From Utricularia gibba (Eukaryota; Plantae; Magnoliophyta), in the NCBI GenBank assembly GCA_002189035.1, contig NEEC01000017.1, forward strand, positions 1,054,001 through 1,118,000: 64,000 nt of DNA. The letters run 5' to 3'. Under the pieces are notes generated by a model. It saw nothing but the letters and a program-made list of their open reading frames with translations. It did not search any database and was not told the origin of the DNA. This document shows positions 49,202-59,962 of this stretch, piece by piece. The first letter of the stretch is position 1; every line of letters begins with the position of its first letter. Position numbers and translations under genes: made by a program.

Positions 49202-51926
49202 TCAGTCTGGAGCAACTGCCTCGTCGATAAGATCTTTGAACACGAGGCGTTCAATTTCCAGCACGAGAAGGGGAATCCCATCACTGATTTCTCCCCATTC
49301 TTCCAATTGAAGAGTTATATCTCCGTTGGTTGTCAGCCCGTCTTCCTTTTCTTCCATACTGCGGTTGTGTACTCTGCAAAAGTTCTCAATATCTCTGTTT
49401 ATCTCTTTCAGCAGGCAATCCAGGGCTATGGGTTTCCTTCCCACTGCGTCTGGTCTCCCTGAATTCATCTTTCGAAGAAGTATCTCATCCACCAAATCAA
49501 ATGTCATCCTTCTGTTGATTCTGCTGCTCCAATTTGCCTCTGTTTTCTCGAGGAAATTGAAGAGTTCTGGATCAATTAGATGCCCCGACGGAAGAACCCG
49601 GCTGGATATGGGGATCGAGGTTAAGTTCTCTAGGATTCCCGAGGTGAGAAGTATCTTGTTTATGTATCTGTAATCTGGTTTGGGGCACTCATTTGGTGAT
49701 TCGTCGTGGATTGAACCGATTTCTTCAGGATCATTTTTGGGGATCTGGGATCCTTGAAAGAATGTTTCTTGTTTCTGGACTTGGGATTTATGCGATCAGA
49801 ACTTCTGCTGAGTGGCGTTTGCTTCAGTTTCTCAAGGTAAAGCATTGCTCCTTTGGGGCGAGACCTCGCATCTGATTTTCAATGTGTTTTAGTCAAAAAT
49901 TGGATTGAAAATGTGTCACGGAAATGGATGTTTTCCAGGAATTCGTAGGGTAAAAAGGCATCAACAATGGTTTTCCAAACAAGTCGATACTCATTGTCAA
50001 GTCCTTTTTTACCACCACTGGGGAAAACTGTAACCGTGAGAACAGAAACTACTTACTAGCTAAAGTGAAAAACAGAAGAAATATAGGAATACCTCGAGGA
50101 ACCTTGGCCACTTTCTTGACTGGAGATGGCCGACCTTCTCTATAAAATGCAGCCAAAGTCGGATATTGCCGTTCTTGTTGTCTTGATTCTGAACTAATGC
50201 CCTGAAGGGACACAGAAATGAAACATTAGATAATGAGTTACTAGAAGCAGTAAATGAATGAGTGTAGGGATGACATACTTGGTTGTTGATCTCTTTTCTT
50301 TCGGAGAACATGGTGATTGGATGAGCCATTTGCATAAACTCTGCTGTTTGTGAGAGGACGGTAGTGTGGATTGTTGAATACGCACATGTTTTACATCCCT
50401 GGCTTTTGCAGTGTTGATGAACTTCATTCAGATTGTATTTCCTGTCAGGAGAACCTTTTCCACCTAGTTTTTTACCTGAAATTTCATTGTCTCTTTTGTT
50501 TTTCCTCTGTAAATTCTGTCTTGTTCTCAGATTCTCTGTTGGAAAACTGCGTCCACAGGTAGCACAAGGCTCTTCTTTCACACATGTTGAAGAACTTTGG
50601 GCATCAATGCCCATGATGCGCCGGCCGTGTTGCCAGAGTATCTCTTGCTCCTGCACTGAAAGCATATTATGTTTGGGGCTCCGAAGTTGCTGTCTTTCTG
50701 CATGTGGTGCTTGGTCCTCATGTTTGGAAGGCTTCGTGATCATGATTGATGTAGAATGAATCTCCCTTGGAATAATTTTTGAGACTGATGTGCTGCTGTG
50801 TCTAGTCTTTTCTTCAGACATATCTTTTGCCTTCTGCATTCCTCCAAGTAGTTGTTTGAGAGCCCTGAGATCCTTCCCTAATTTATGGAATTGCAATTCA
50901 TTTATCCTTTTCTCTATCTCACCATATACTGAACCTTGTTGCCTACATGAGTCTGGCTCCGCCCGAATCCTTGAGCAGTCACCCGATTTCTTGATAGTAT
51001 CTTGTGAAACAGATGTACCTTTCACATCTAGATTTCTCATGCTATCCCCATGTCCAGAAGGAGAGGCTTCATTTCTATTCATCTTCATTTTCAGGCTTAT
51101 GCTTTCATGTCTGGAGAAAGACTCCAACCCCATAAGCCTTTCTACAATGCTGGTTGCTTTGTTAGTGGAAGTTGCTTTGCTGTCTTGGGATAATCTCGGT
51201 TGCCCAATGGAACGCTTCTTTTTCACGTCATTATCATCTCTATATCCAGAATGTGTTGCTTCCTGTTGCTCTGTTCCCTCAAAACATACAGCTTTTGTCT
51301 TCATCTCAAGCCATGTTCTTTCTTCACCATTACTGGATTTGATTCCCAAGACCCGTTGATCTCTATGCATAGCCATATCTCGAAACTGTTGTTGCCATTG
51401 TGTCTCCTTATTTTGTGGCGTGCTCGGCAGCGGACTTTCCGGCGGACTAAACCGTCTGAGTTGATGTGTTTCAGTTTCAAGAGATGACAATGTGGATGAA
51501 AAGGAAGAAGTGGAGCATGAATCTGAGGAGACTCTTGGTTTCTTTCTCTGAAACTGCTCATCCCTTACCTGTTAAATCAAGTGATGAGCCACCTCCGTGG
51601 AGCTTTAAATCATACTCATAATTCAATGCCTTTGTATACATCACGCTTTCTTAAATTTTACCATGTCTATTTTTTCTGCTGAGTGGGGCTCATGTTGGTG
51701 CTGCCTACCTAACAAAAACCATAGAAAAAAGTTACTGCATGCGCTCTGCTGAGTGGAGCTCATTTCTTGGTTGAAACTTACCTTCAGGCATCATTTGGAA
51801 GCTTGCATGTTGACCAGCGAAGCGATAGCGATCAAAGACTTGAAGAATTCCATCAATGCACCCAATGTTCTTTCTCAGATCTCCATGTCCATAGTCTACT
51901 AAATAGGCCATGGACTTTGCTGACAT
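49202..51926 (-). CDS. LONGIFOLIA-like / TON1-recruiting motif (TRM) protein, divergent, 5 exons, with one apparent 1-bp deletion
   Basis: MSAK..NIGCIDGILQVFDR (LNG N-terminus), SIVERLMGLE (VARLMGL-type motif), VYGEIEKRINELQFHKLGKDLRALKQLL, FYREGRPSPVKK, and the DUF4378-type end PDYRYINKILLTSG..GHLIDPELF..RRMTFDLVDEIL..VLEIERLVFKDLIDE. Exons are 51782-51926, 51662-51708, 50279-51568, 50093-50201 and 49202-49871. Confidence 0.86.
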
Positions 51927-53404
51927 TTTGGTTCCCTTGTTGCAGAAACAGATGAAGAAGATTAACTCAGGAGCTAGATCCCCCGCCCCGGTTCAGGCAT
52001 TTACAGTTTCAAGGAATCTGGCAAGAGAACAGGATATGAAAAAGGTCATCTCACAGAGGAAGAGCAGAGCAGAGCATTTCATCTTTTAGATTCTGTTCAG
52101 ACGCTTCCTCAGATGAAACACATCAGTAGCAGAGAAAGCTAAGAAATGGTCCCAAGTAACAACAATACTCACCACTAAATTTGTGCAGTGTATGGATTTC
52201 TCAGAACTTCCTTTTTCTTTCCCACAGGCTTTCCAGAGAAGATGCTATCTTTCACAGAGCAGAAGGATGTTGAGAGTTCAGAGCAAGGAATGCCGACATG
52301 CAAACATATTTATATGGAGAAGTAAGTTTCTCTTTGTTCGTGTTGTTTAGCTTGAAAGGGAAGGGTAGATTAGCTAATCTAGCGTGTACCTAAGGAATGA
52401 GTTCCAGCCGTAAAAAAGCAGTGAGACGACGGTCAAAGATCCACCAAACTCAATGATGCTAAGGCTTCTTAATGAGCCTCACTGGGGATTCCAGAACCGT
52501 AAAAATGGTAACATCCTGTGTTCTCACCATGCCTTCACAGCCACTCCGGTGTGTCTTGTCCCCTCAGTGTGGAACCTGGTAAGCCAGTTGACCATGTGGG
52601 TCTCTCTAGTAATTTAAAAAAATGCTTACCATATTATCTCTACAAGCTCTTCTATTGGTCTCACTCTCTGTTTGATTTGCATTATCAGAATATGCAGGCG
52701 ATTCTTTGACAATTTCAAGGAACCCATAATAAGGGAATTATGCCTACTACTCCTACTGTGGCTCATTGTGGGCATTGTAGATTCTGGTGGAAGAAGATTT
52801 TAGAGTTCAAAGACCGGAGGTAGGTATGCGGTGGTGACTGAAATAATCCAACAATTCATTTATGTTGGGTAGTTGCACTTTTATCGTGCAGCCATTAAAA
52901 ACTGCTCAACGGTTTCTGTACAGTGTTGGTTGAACTCTTAAATTTGCTCAATTCAGGCAACCGGAATTTTTTTCTTCAGAAAACAAAACAGGAATTAGAT
53001 GCATAGACCAGTAGCTGTGTTTCATGCAACGTCAATTGAAATCATGTACCAACAACTCAGATCATTAATGGGGTTTTGAGGCCGTGTGGTCAAAATAGCA
53101 ATAGGATGGGAACGAGGTCAGTCAAGGATGAGCCATTATTACAAGAAAAAATTCCACGTGGTAAAATCTGATATAAGGAGATAGATATGGGGGCATAGTT
53201 CTAGTTGATGCATCAGTAACTGGTGGATGATGTATGCTCAACAGACAGATATCCATCCACCAACAAAAGAATAGGGAATCCAGATATCTTTGGATAATCA
53301 GACTTACCGGAGTTTTTGTGCTTCAGGCAGACTGAGGCTGCCGTGGCCGTCCAAATCCTACCTCATAAAAATGTGAAATGTGGAAGAAGACAGCTCTTAG
53401 TTGA

Positions 53405-55271
53405 TCACTGATAATGGGGTGAGTCATCTACAGCACACAACCGCTCTGCATTTTATGGTAGGAGCACCAGTGTTAAAGGTTTTAACGGAATTATGGAAGA
53501 GGGAGGAGGAAGGCTTACTTAGGTATTCATAAGCCAGTATCATTGAGGTTCCCCATGCTGACATGCTGAAGAGCCTAGGCCCGAGTCCTCGGTATAATCC
53601 GGTCCATCCATCCTCAGCGATCAGACTTTTTACTACTTCTTTCGCAGCTGGTCTCCTTTCTTGGGCCGTAACCTTGATGAAGTTTCATACAAAGCCATTG
53701 AAAAATACATTAGCACAGGAAAATATTAAAGGATTTGAAACCACCCTGTTGGATATAAAGTACCAGCAAGAAAATGCAGAAGGTGATGGTTTAAGATATA
53801 GGAACATTCATGATGTTTGATGTGGTTAAAAGAAAATATTTCTCTCAAAATGTATCACGCAATAAGGAAAGAAAAAAGGATGGATTATCAGTTGAAACCT
53901 GCAAGCGAGTTTTTATTGTGTCCAAGGGAGTTGTGATACAGGAAGCAGTGGCGCCAGCAAAAATGCCTCCTGCGGCTTGAACCATGACAAGTTTTCCTTC
54001 ACTTGCAGGTTTCCCTTCATTCCCAGTAATTCCTTGTAATAGGCTGGCAAGAAAAGTTGTGCAGAGTAAGCAGTCAACTAGAAGTTGAAAACGGAATAGC
54101 ACTAATGAATTTGAGAGGACAGGCATGGAATACAACAGTAAGGCAGAAGTTCATATAGAATACATGGGAATGGCTCTAGAAGTCACTTGAACATCTACTT
54201 TGATATGATATAGTAATATAGGACACCGAATACTTTCATTCAAATAACCAAGCAGCCCTCAAAATGATTGAACGGAAAGTTTGCGTGCATACCTCCAGAT
54301 AACACGTTGGCTAGTACCATAACTTGCCCACCAGACAGCACTAGAAGGTGAATATGTCATGACGGATAAACCAAACCCTCTGTACAAACCTCGAATACCA
54401 TCCGATTTGACGACCTTCCTTACAACATCCAAGCCCCCGTTGTAAGTAGCATGGCCAGCATATCCTTGGACCATCAACCTCTGGCTAACCTTTTAAAAGG
54501 CTCTGTCAATTAGATTAACATTTTTGGAAGAGCAATCACATCTCTAGGTAAAACAACACCAAAAAGGCTTACCACATCAATGGGAACAAAAACAGCTTGT
54601 GAACATAGAGAAGCCGTCATGCCAGCAACACCATTCGCAATAGCTGCCTGCGTAGGCTCTGAAACCTCAAATGGTTCCAAAACTTTGAGTGCTGTAACCT
54701 TTGTCGTCTCCAGTGCTGTGAGAAATATAATTCTTGCAGGTAATGCTCCGGTAACTACCGTTCCAAAACCTCGATACAAACCAGGAATTCCATCAGCCTT
54801 TAACAGGTTTTTGATGACAGAAAGTGCGTTTCTTTCTACACTATCATGTGAAGCCACTTGCATCCTTGTCTTAACAACAGAAATAGGATAAAGGGCCACA
54901 GTAACACCACTAAAAATCCCAGCCCCAACGACATAGAACTTTGTTTTATCAAGGCTGCATTAGAAAAACAACCAAAACAAGAAAATTTATCACATAAATG
55001 ACAAAAAGTATGCATACAGGAACTTACTGCATTCGTCAACGAAAACCCAGTCACAATCACGTAAAAAACTACCATCCCAATTCCCAAACAACCCAAAAAA
55101 CCCCATTTCGCGCAACGATCATGCGGTGTTCACTCAATGAAGCGGAATGAAAACAAAGGCAATCGAAGACCAAGGGCTCAACGCATCTACATAAGTTACA
55201 CATGAAGCTTACTTATCCCAATTAATCTCCGTTTGACCAAACGACTGCCTCTGCCCGGTAGCAACATCCAT
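53405..55271 (-). CDS. Mitochondrial carrier, SLC25A44-like (At5g15640-like), 6 exons
   Basis: MDVATGQRQSFGQTEINWDK|LDKTKFYVVGAG..LYPISVVKTRMQ..FVPIDV|VSQRLMVQ..|..TTPLDTIKTRLQ|V..LGPRLFSMSAWGTSMILAYEYL|KRLCAVD. Three PxDxxKxR-type carrier signatures are present. Confidence 0.94.
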
Positions 55272-55567
55272 TTCGGCAAAACCAGACAGAAGAAAAACTG
55301 CAAAAGGAACAATTCCAATACTAGGCAAACCCAACCATCCCCATTCGAGAACCAAACACAGAAACACGGAAAGGGGAGAGAAAAATCGACAAATGGGGAA
55401 GGCGGTAGCCCAATTGAAAGTTCCTCGGGGACAAGTTAGCTCAAGGATGGAATAGTATCAAGCCTCAAGGCTTGACAATTTCAACGCATGATTTTTCTGC
55501 GCCATTTAGTACAGTATCCTTAGCGTCTATTTTAGGCGTAGATACTGTAATAGACCCAAAACTAGTT

Positions 55568-55748
55568 TGGGCCGATGAAGGCCCATTTATATTTTCCACA
55601 TTTGGGCCCATTCCGAATAAAATAGGCCACTAAGTTTGAGGTGCACGTGTGAAGTGGCGCGTGCGAATCGGATTGTTTGAAAATTGGAAGAATTCCATAG
55701 CCGTACGATGAAAATGGAAAAAATTAGCAATTGCGTGCGCTATAAATA
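55568..55748. promoter_or_regulatory. Shared divergent promoter of the mitochondrial carrier and UAM
   Basis: There are 551 bp between the ATGs. Site II elements lie at 55568-55573, 55580-55585 and 55603-55608, CACGTG at 55644-55649, and TATAAATA at 55741-55748 facing UAM. Confidence 0.6.
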
Positions 55749-55822
55749 GACTTGTCTCTGTAATTCGAATTCACGACTATACGTTATAGTAACCGACGAC
55801 GTCCGCCGCCGCCGCCACTGCA

Positions 55823-57210
55823 ATGGCCACCACCGCACCGCCACTGAAGGATGAACTCGACATTGTGATACCTACCATCAGAAACCTCGATTTCCTGGAA
55901 ATGTGGAGGCCTTTTTTCCAGCCCTACCATCTAATCATTGTGCAGGACGGGGATCCTTCCAAGATCATCAATGTTCCTGATGGCTTCGACTACGAGCTTT
56001 ACAATCGGAATGATATTAATCGGATTCTTGGGCCCAAGGCCTCCTGTATTTCGTTCAAGGACTCCGCATGTCGCTGTTTCGGGTACATGGTGTCGAAGAA
56101 GAAGTATATTTTCACAATTGATGATGATTGCTTTGTAAGTTTCATCGTGGCAGATTAGAATCTGTTGCTCTGGTTTGTGGAGTGAATGTTGATTGCAGAT
56201 GAAGTGTTTGATGAATTGCTGTAGACGTTTTTTTTTTCTAAAAAAAAAAATCTATGTTTCACTATTTGCAATGCGTCTCCTAATTAATTTCTGATTTTGG
56301 TATCCTTGAAACTTTCAGGTTGCAAAGGACCCTGCTGGGAACCAGATAAATGCATTGGAACAACATATTAAGAATCTGCTGAGCCCATCAACACCCCTGT
56401 TCTTCAACACTTTGTATGATCCTTACAGACAAGGATCAGATTTTGTACGTGGATACCCCTTCAGTCTCCGAGAAGGCGTTCCGACGGCCGTGTCTCACGG
56501 CCTGTGGCTGAACATTCCTGACTACGATGCCCCAACACAGCTTGTGAAGCCCCTCGAAAGAAACACCAGGTAACTACGACCGTCGGATTTATCATCATCA
56601 GTCTTTTAAAGTATATTATGGCAGCAGAGCAGAGCAATATTATGCTATTTCCTCTGTTAGGTATGTTGATGCTGTCCTCACCATACCCAAGGGTACACTC
56701 TTCCCCATGTGTGGCATGAACCTGGCATTCGACCGTGATCTCATCGGCCCTGCGATGTACTTCGGCCTCATGGGAGACGGTCAGCCCATCGGCCGGTACG
56801 ATGACATGTGGGCCGGTTGGTGTGTCAAGGTATCATCCCCACAAACCACTCTTCTCCATTACCACCATCTCTCATCGCCATCCCTGCATTTGATTCAGGT
56901 GATATGTGATCATTTGCGGCTCGGAGTGAAAACAGGGCTGCCCTACATTTGGCATAGCAAGGCAAGCAACCCATTTGTGAATCTGAAGAAAGAGTACAAC
57001 GGCATATTCTGGCAAGAGGAGGCCATCCCCTTCTTCCAAAAAGCTACCCTTTCGAAAGAGTCAGCAACCGTGCAGACATGCTACATTGAACTGGCGAATC
57101 AAGTTAGGGAACAACTTGGGAAGGTAGATCCTTATTTTGTTAAGCTTGCCGATGCAATGGAGACATGGATCCAAGCTTGGGATGAGCTTAATCCTCCAAA
57201 ATCTATTTAA
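55823..57210 (+). CDS. RGP1: UDP-arabinopyranose mutase / reversibly glycosylated polypeptide (class 1), 4 exons
   Basis: [25 protein letters not shown], the DxD motif [56 protein letters not shown] and WIQAWDELN. Exons are 55823-56134, 56319-56569, 56661-56829 and 56899-57210. The paralog number is uncertain. Confidence 0.96.
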
Positions 57211-57649
57211 TCCTTTCGTATCATCCATTTAGCTAATCCAATTTCATCCCATACAGAGATTAACAAAACAACATGAGATTTTGGATTTCGCATTTGTCAG
57301 GGGGGACTCTACATATGAATTCCCACCATTGAAGGCTTGGCATGAATCCCCGGCCACACATCAACGTTAACTTTTTAAAATCACCAAAATCAACCTGATC
57401 ATGTAGGACATATATCTCTTAATATGACATGCCAACACCCAACTTTGATGTTTGGCAGGAGTTCACATCAAAGTTGGTGATACAGTCGGATGACTTCATT
57501 CATCCGATTCTTGATACTTTCTCTCAATCAATTCACCATAAAAAAATTGCATGATGCATGAAGTATTCTGCTCTTGTTGTCGTGTATTCTAATGACAGCA
57601 GAAACTGAGAAAACACACTGAAAATCTCAATCTTCAACTTCTATGCTAC

Positions 57650-59632
57650 TCAGTCCATCCTTTGTCTACAGTCCACCATGCTATATCCTGGCTCCTTTTT
57701 TATGTTTTTCCTCTCCATGACCATTCTAATTTCATCTGCATCACTCCATTTCCCGGCATCCACATACATATTATATAACAAGACATATGGCCCGGAGTTC
57801 TCTGGCTCCAGTAAAATCAATGCTTCAGCTGCTACTTTTGCTAGCTGCAGATTGTTATGCACCCTACAGGCACCCAACAATGCTCCCCATACAGGTTTAT
57901 CCGGTTCGACTGGCATGCTTTTGATGATATCCATGGCCTCATTAACCTTTCCATGTCTGCCAACAACATCTACGAGAGAAGTGAAATGTTCAACTCTTGG
58001 TTTGATCCCGAAATCACATGCCATGGACCTAAAATATGACTTAGCTTCTTCTACCAGACCACCATGAGCACACGCGCTCAGAACGGAGATGAAGGTGATG
58101 TAAGTCGGAGTCACTTTGAACACTTTCATTGATTCAAAAAGCTCCAGAGCCATCTTCGCATGCCCATGGGATGCATACCCTCCTATCATAGCGTTCCAAG
58201 ATATCACATTCTTGTGAAAAGTTGGATCATCAAAAATTCTCTTTGCTTCGGTGATCATCCCACATCTTGCATACATGGTGATTAAAGCATTATTCAGCGT
58301 AACATCTGGAATTACCTTCTTCACTACAAGCTGGTGAATCTGCACTCCCAGATGCTGCTCCGCAGACTGTGCACAAACACTGAGTAACGAAGAAAGGGTG
58401 TGCAGGTCTGGTTTCTCTCCTTGTTCTTGCATACCGAGAAAGAGTTGGATTGCTTCTTTGAAAAACAAATTCCTTTCATATCCAGCTATCATGGTGTTCC
58501 AAGAAATCAGGTTCTTCTGAGGCATCCTTTGGAAGATACTAAGCGCAAGTTCCATCTTTCCAGCCTGTGCATAACCTGAGATTAAGGAATTCCATGATAG
58601 GGAATCCGGACAACGCATTTGAGAGAAGAGCTTTAACGCTGTCTCCAAATCAGAGGCATGAACATAACCAGTAATCATCGTGTTCCAAGAAAAAGCATCT
58701 CGGCTCTTCATTTGATCAAAGAGATCCGCAGCAGATGGCATATTCCCATCATTTACATAAGCCATTAGCATTGAATTCCATGAGACAATGTTCTTCCCCG
58801 AATCGGGTATTGAATCAAAAATGCACCTTGCATCAGCTACCCTTCCTTTCCTGCCATAACCAGCAATTAAAGTATTGATGGCATGAACCAAATCCTCTTT
58901 CCTGCACGTTTCACTATATTCAAACAGGATCTTTTTAGCTTCATCCATTTCATCATTTTGAATCAAGCCAGACACAAGTGCATTGATAGAACCCGAATCC
59001 CGTATGGGCATTCTCTTGAACCATTCACAAGCTTTTTTCACATCACTGTTACTCAAAAACCCTGTGATGATTGTGTTCCATGTGACAACGTTCCTCTCGG
59101 GCATGCTGTCAAAAATTTTGATAGCATCTTCCATTCTTCCATTTTTCGCATACCCACTGATCATGGTGTTCCAAGTAACAATATCCCTTTCGAGCATATT
59201 TTCGAAGATATTTCTTCCTTCTTCTACATACCCTAAACTACAACAGGTCATGTAACCTTGGATCATGAGATTCCATGAATACATGTCCTTCATAGGCATT
59301 TCGTCAAACAGCTTGCGTGCTTTTAGAATCTCATTTTTCTTCAAGTATCCACTGATCATGGAATTCCATGTTACAGTATTTCTACACGACAAACTGTCGA
59401 AATAAGCTCTAGCATCTTCAATCCGCCCATCTCGTACTAATTCCCTGATCCTTCTATTTGCTGAACGAATCTCCGTAGAGACAGGAAATACATTCGATTT
59501 GACGTTCATTGTTGAAAAAGAGTAACCAATATGACACCGCGGATTCCTCCACAATCGCCAGGAACCACGTAGCACCGCCATGCTGCAGTGAATAATGAGT
59601 TTTTGAAGCAACCCAAGAGAACAACTTAGCAT
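57650..59632 (-). CDS. MEF9: PLS-E class PPR protein, MEF9/At1g62260-like mitochondrial RNA-editing factor, single exon
   Basis: PLS repeats (RNTVTWNSMISGY..), KEDLVHAINTLIAGYGRKG and the E domain PDKPVWGALLGAC..PENSGPYVLLYNMYVDAGKWSDA..KKEPGYS are present, with no DYW domain. The start is either ATG 59632 or ATG 59581. Confidence 0.88.
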   Translation of the reverse strand: MLSCSLGLLQKLIIHCSMAVLRGSWRLWRNPRCHIGYSFSTMNVKSNVFPVSTEIRSANRRIRELVRDGRIEDARAYFDSLSCRNTVTWNSMISGYLKKNEILKARKLFDEMPMKDMYSWNLMIQGYMTCCSLGYVEEGRNIFENMLERDIVTWNTMISGYAKNGRMEDAIKIFDSMPERNVVTWNTIITGFLSNSDVKKACEWFKRMPIRDSGSINALVSGLIQNDEMDEAKKILFEYSETCRKEDLVHAINTLIAGYGRKGRVADARCIFDSIPDSGKNIVSWNSMLMAYVNDGNMPSAADLFDQMKSRDAFSWNTMITGYVHASDLETALKLFSQMRCPDSLSWNSLISGYAQAGKMELALSIFQRMPQKNLISWNTMIAGYERNLFFKEAIQLFLGMQEQGEKPDLHTLSSLLSVCAQSAEQHLGVQIHQLVVKKVIPDVTLNNALITMYARCGMITEAKRIFDDPTFHKNVISWNAMIGGYASHGHAKMALELFESMKVFKVTPTYITFISVLSACAHGGLVEEAKSYFRSMACDFGIKPRVEHFTSLVDVVGRHGKVNEAMDIIKSMPVEPDKPVWGALLGACRVHNNLQLAKVAAEALILLEPENSGPYVLLYNMYVDAGKWSDADEIRMVMERKNIKKEPGYSMVDCRQRMD

Positions 59633-59962
59633 ACAGATGAATGGAAGGAAATTGGGGAGAAAAGGGAAGGCGAGCGTGATTATACCATATCAAAGCCCAT
59701 GCCGCCTCCTAGTACATTCGGAGGGTTGAAACTCTACAAAATACACCATCAAAATCAGTACCCCAAAACCAATGAAGGAAATTAGCGAAGGGGCGGTCGA
59801 ACTCTCTCTGATTCTCCGACCACCGGAGCCTCATACATCGACATCGGTTTGTGCGCAGTTTGATTTACAAAAATAATCTTAATTGATTCGATTTTGTGCG
59901 GAGCTTTTTGAATCAATGAAAGTGTTCAAAGTGACTCCGACTTACATCACCTTCATCTCCGT
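58083..59962. repeat. Perfect 63-bp inverted duplication (58083-58145 vs 59900-59962)
   Basis: GGAGCTTTTTGAATCAATGAAAGTGTTCAAAGTGACTCCGACTTACATCACCTTCATCTCCGT at 59900-59962 is the exact reverse complement of 58083-58145, which lies inside the MEF9-like CDS. Confidence 0.95.

Noticed and set aside
52397-52820. Plus-strand exon-like blocks with GT/AG sites between LNG and the carrier gene
   Set aside because: No splice combination gives a stop-free, recognisable protein. More likely UTR or intergenic sequence.
52736-52830. miR482-like hairpin (TGCCTACTACTCC ... GGAGGTAGGTAT)
   Set aside because: Only about 12 paired bases with bulges, and no match to a mature miR482/2118 sequence.
26219-57210. 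UGD and UAM (both UDP-sugar interconversion enzymes) in one window, as a possible metabolic cluster
   Set aside because: They are about 28 kb apart with eight unrelated genes between them. Chance co-location is sufficient.
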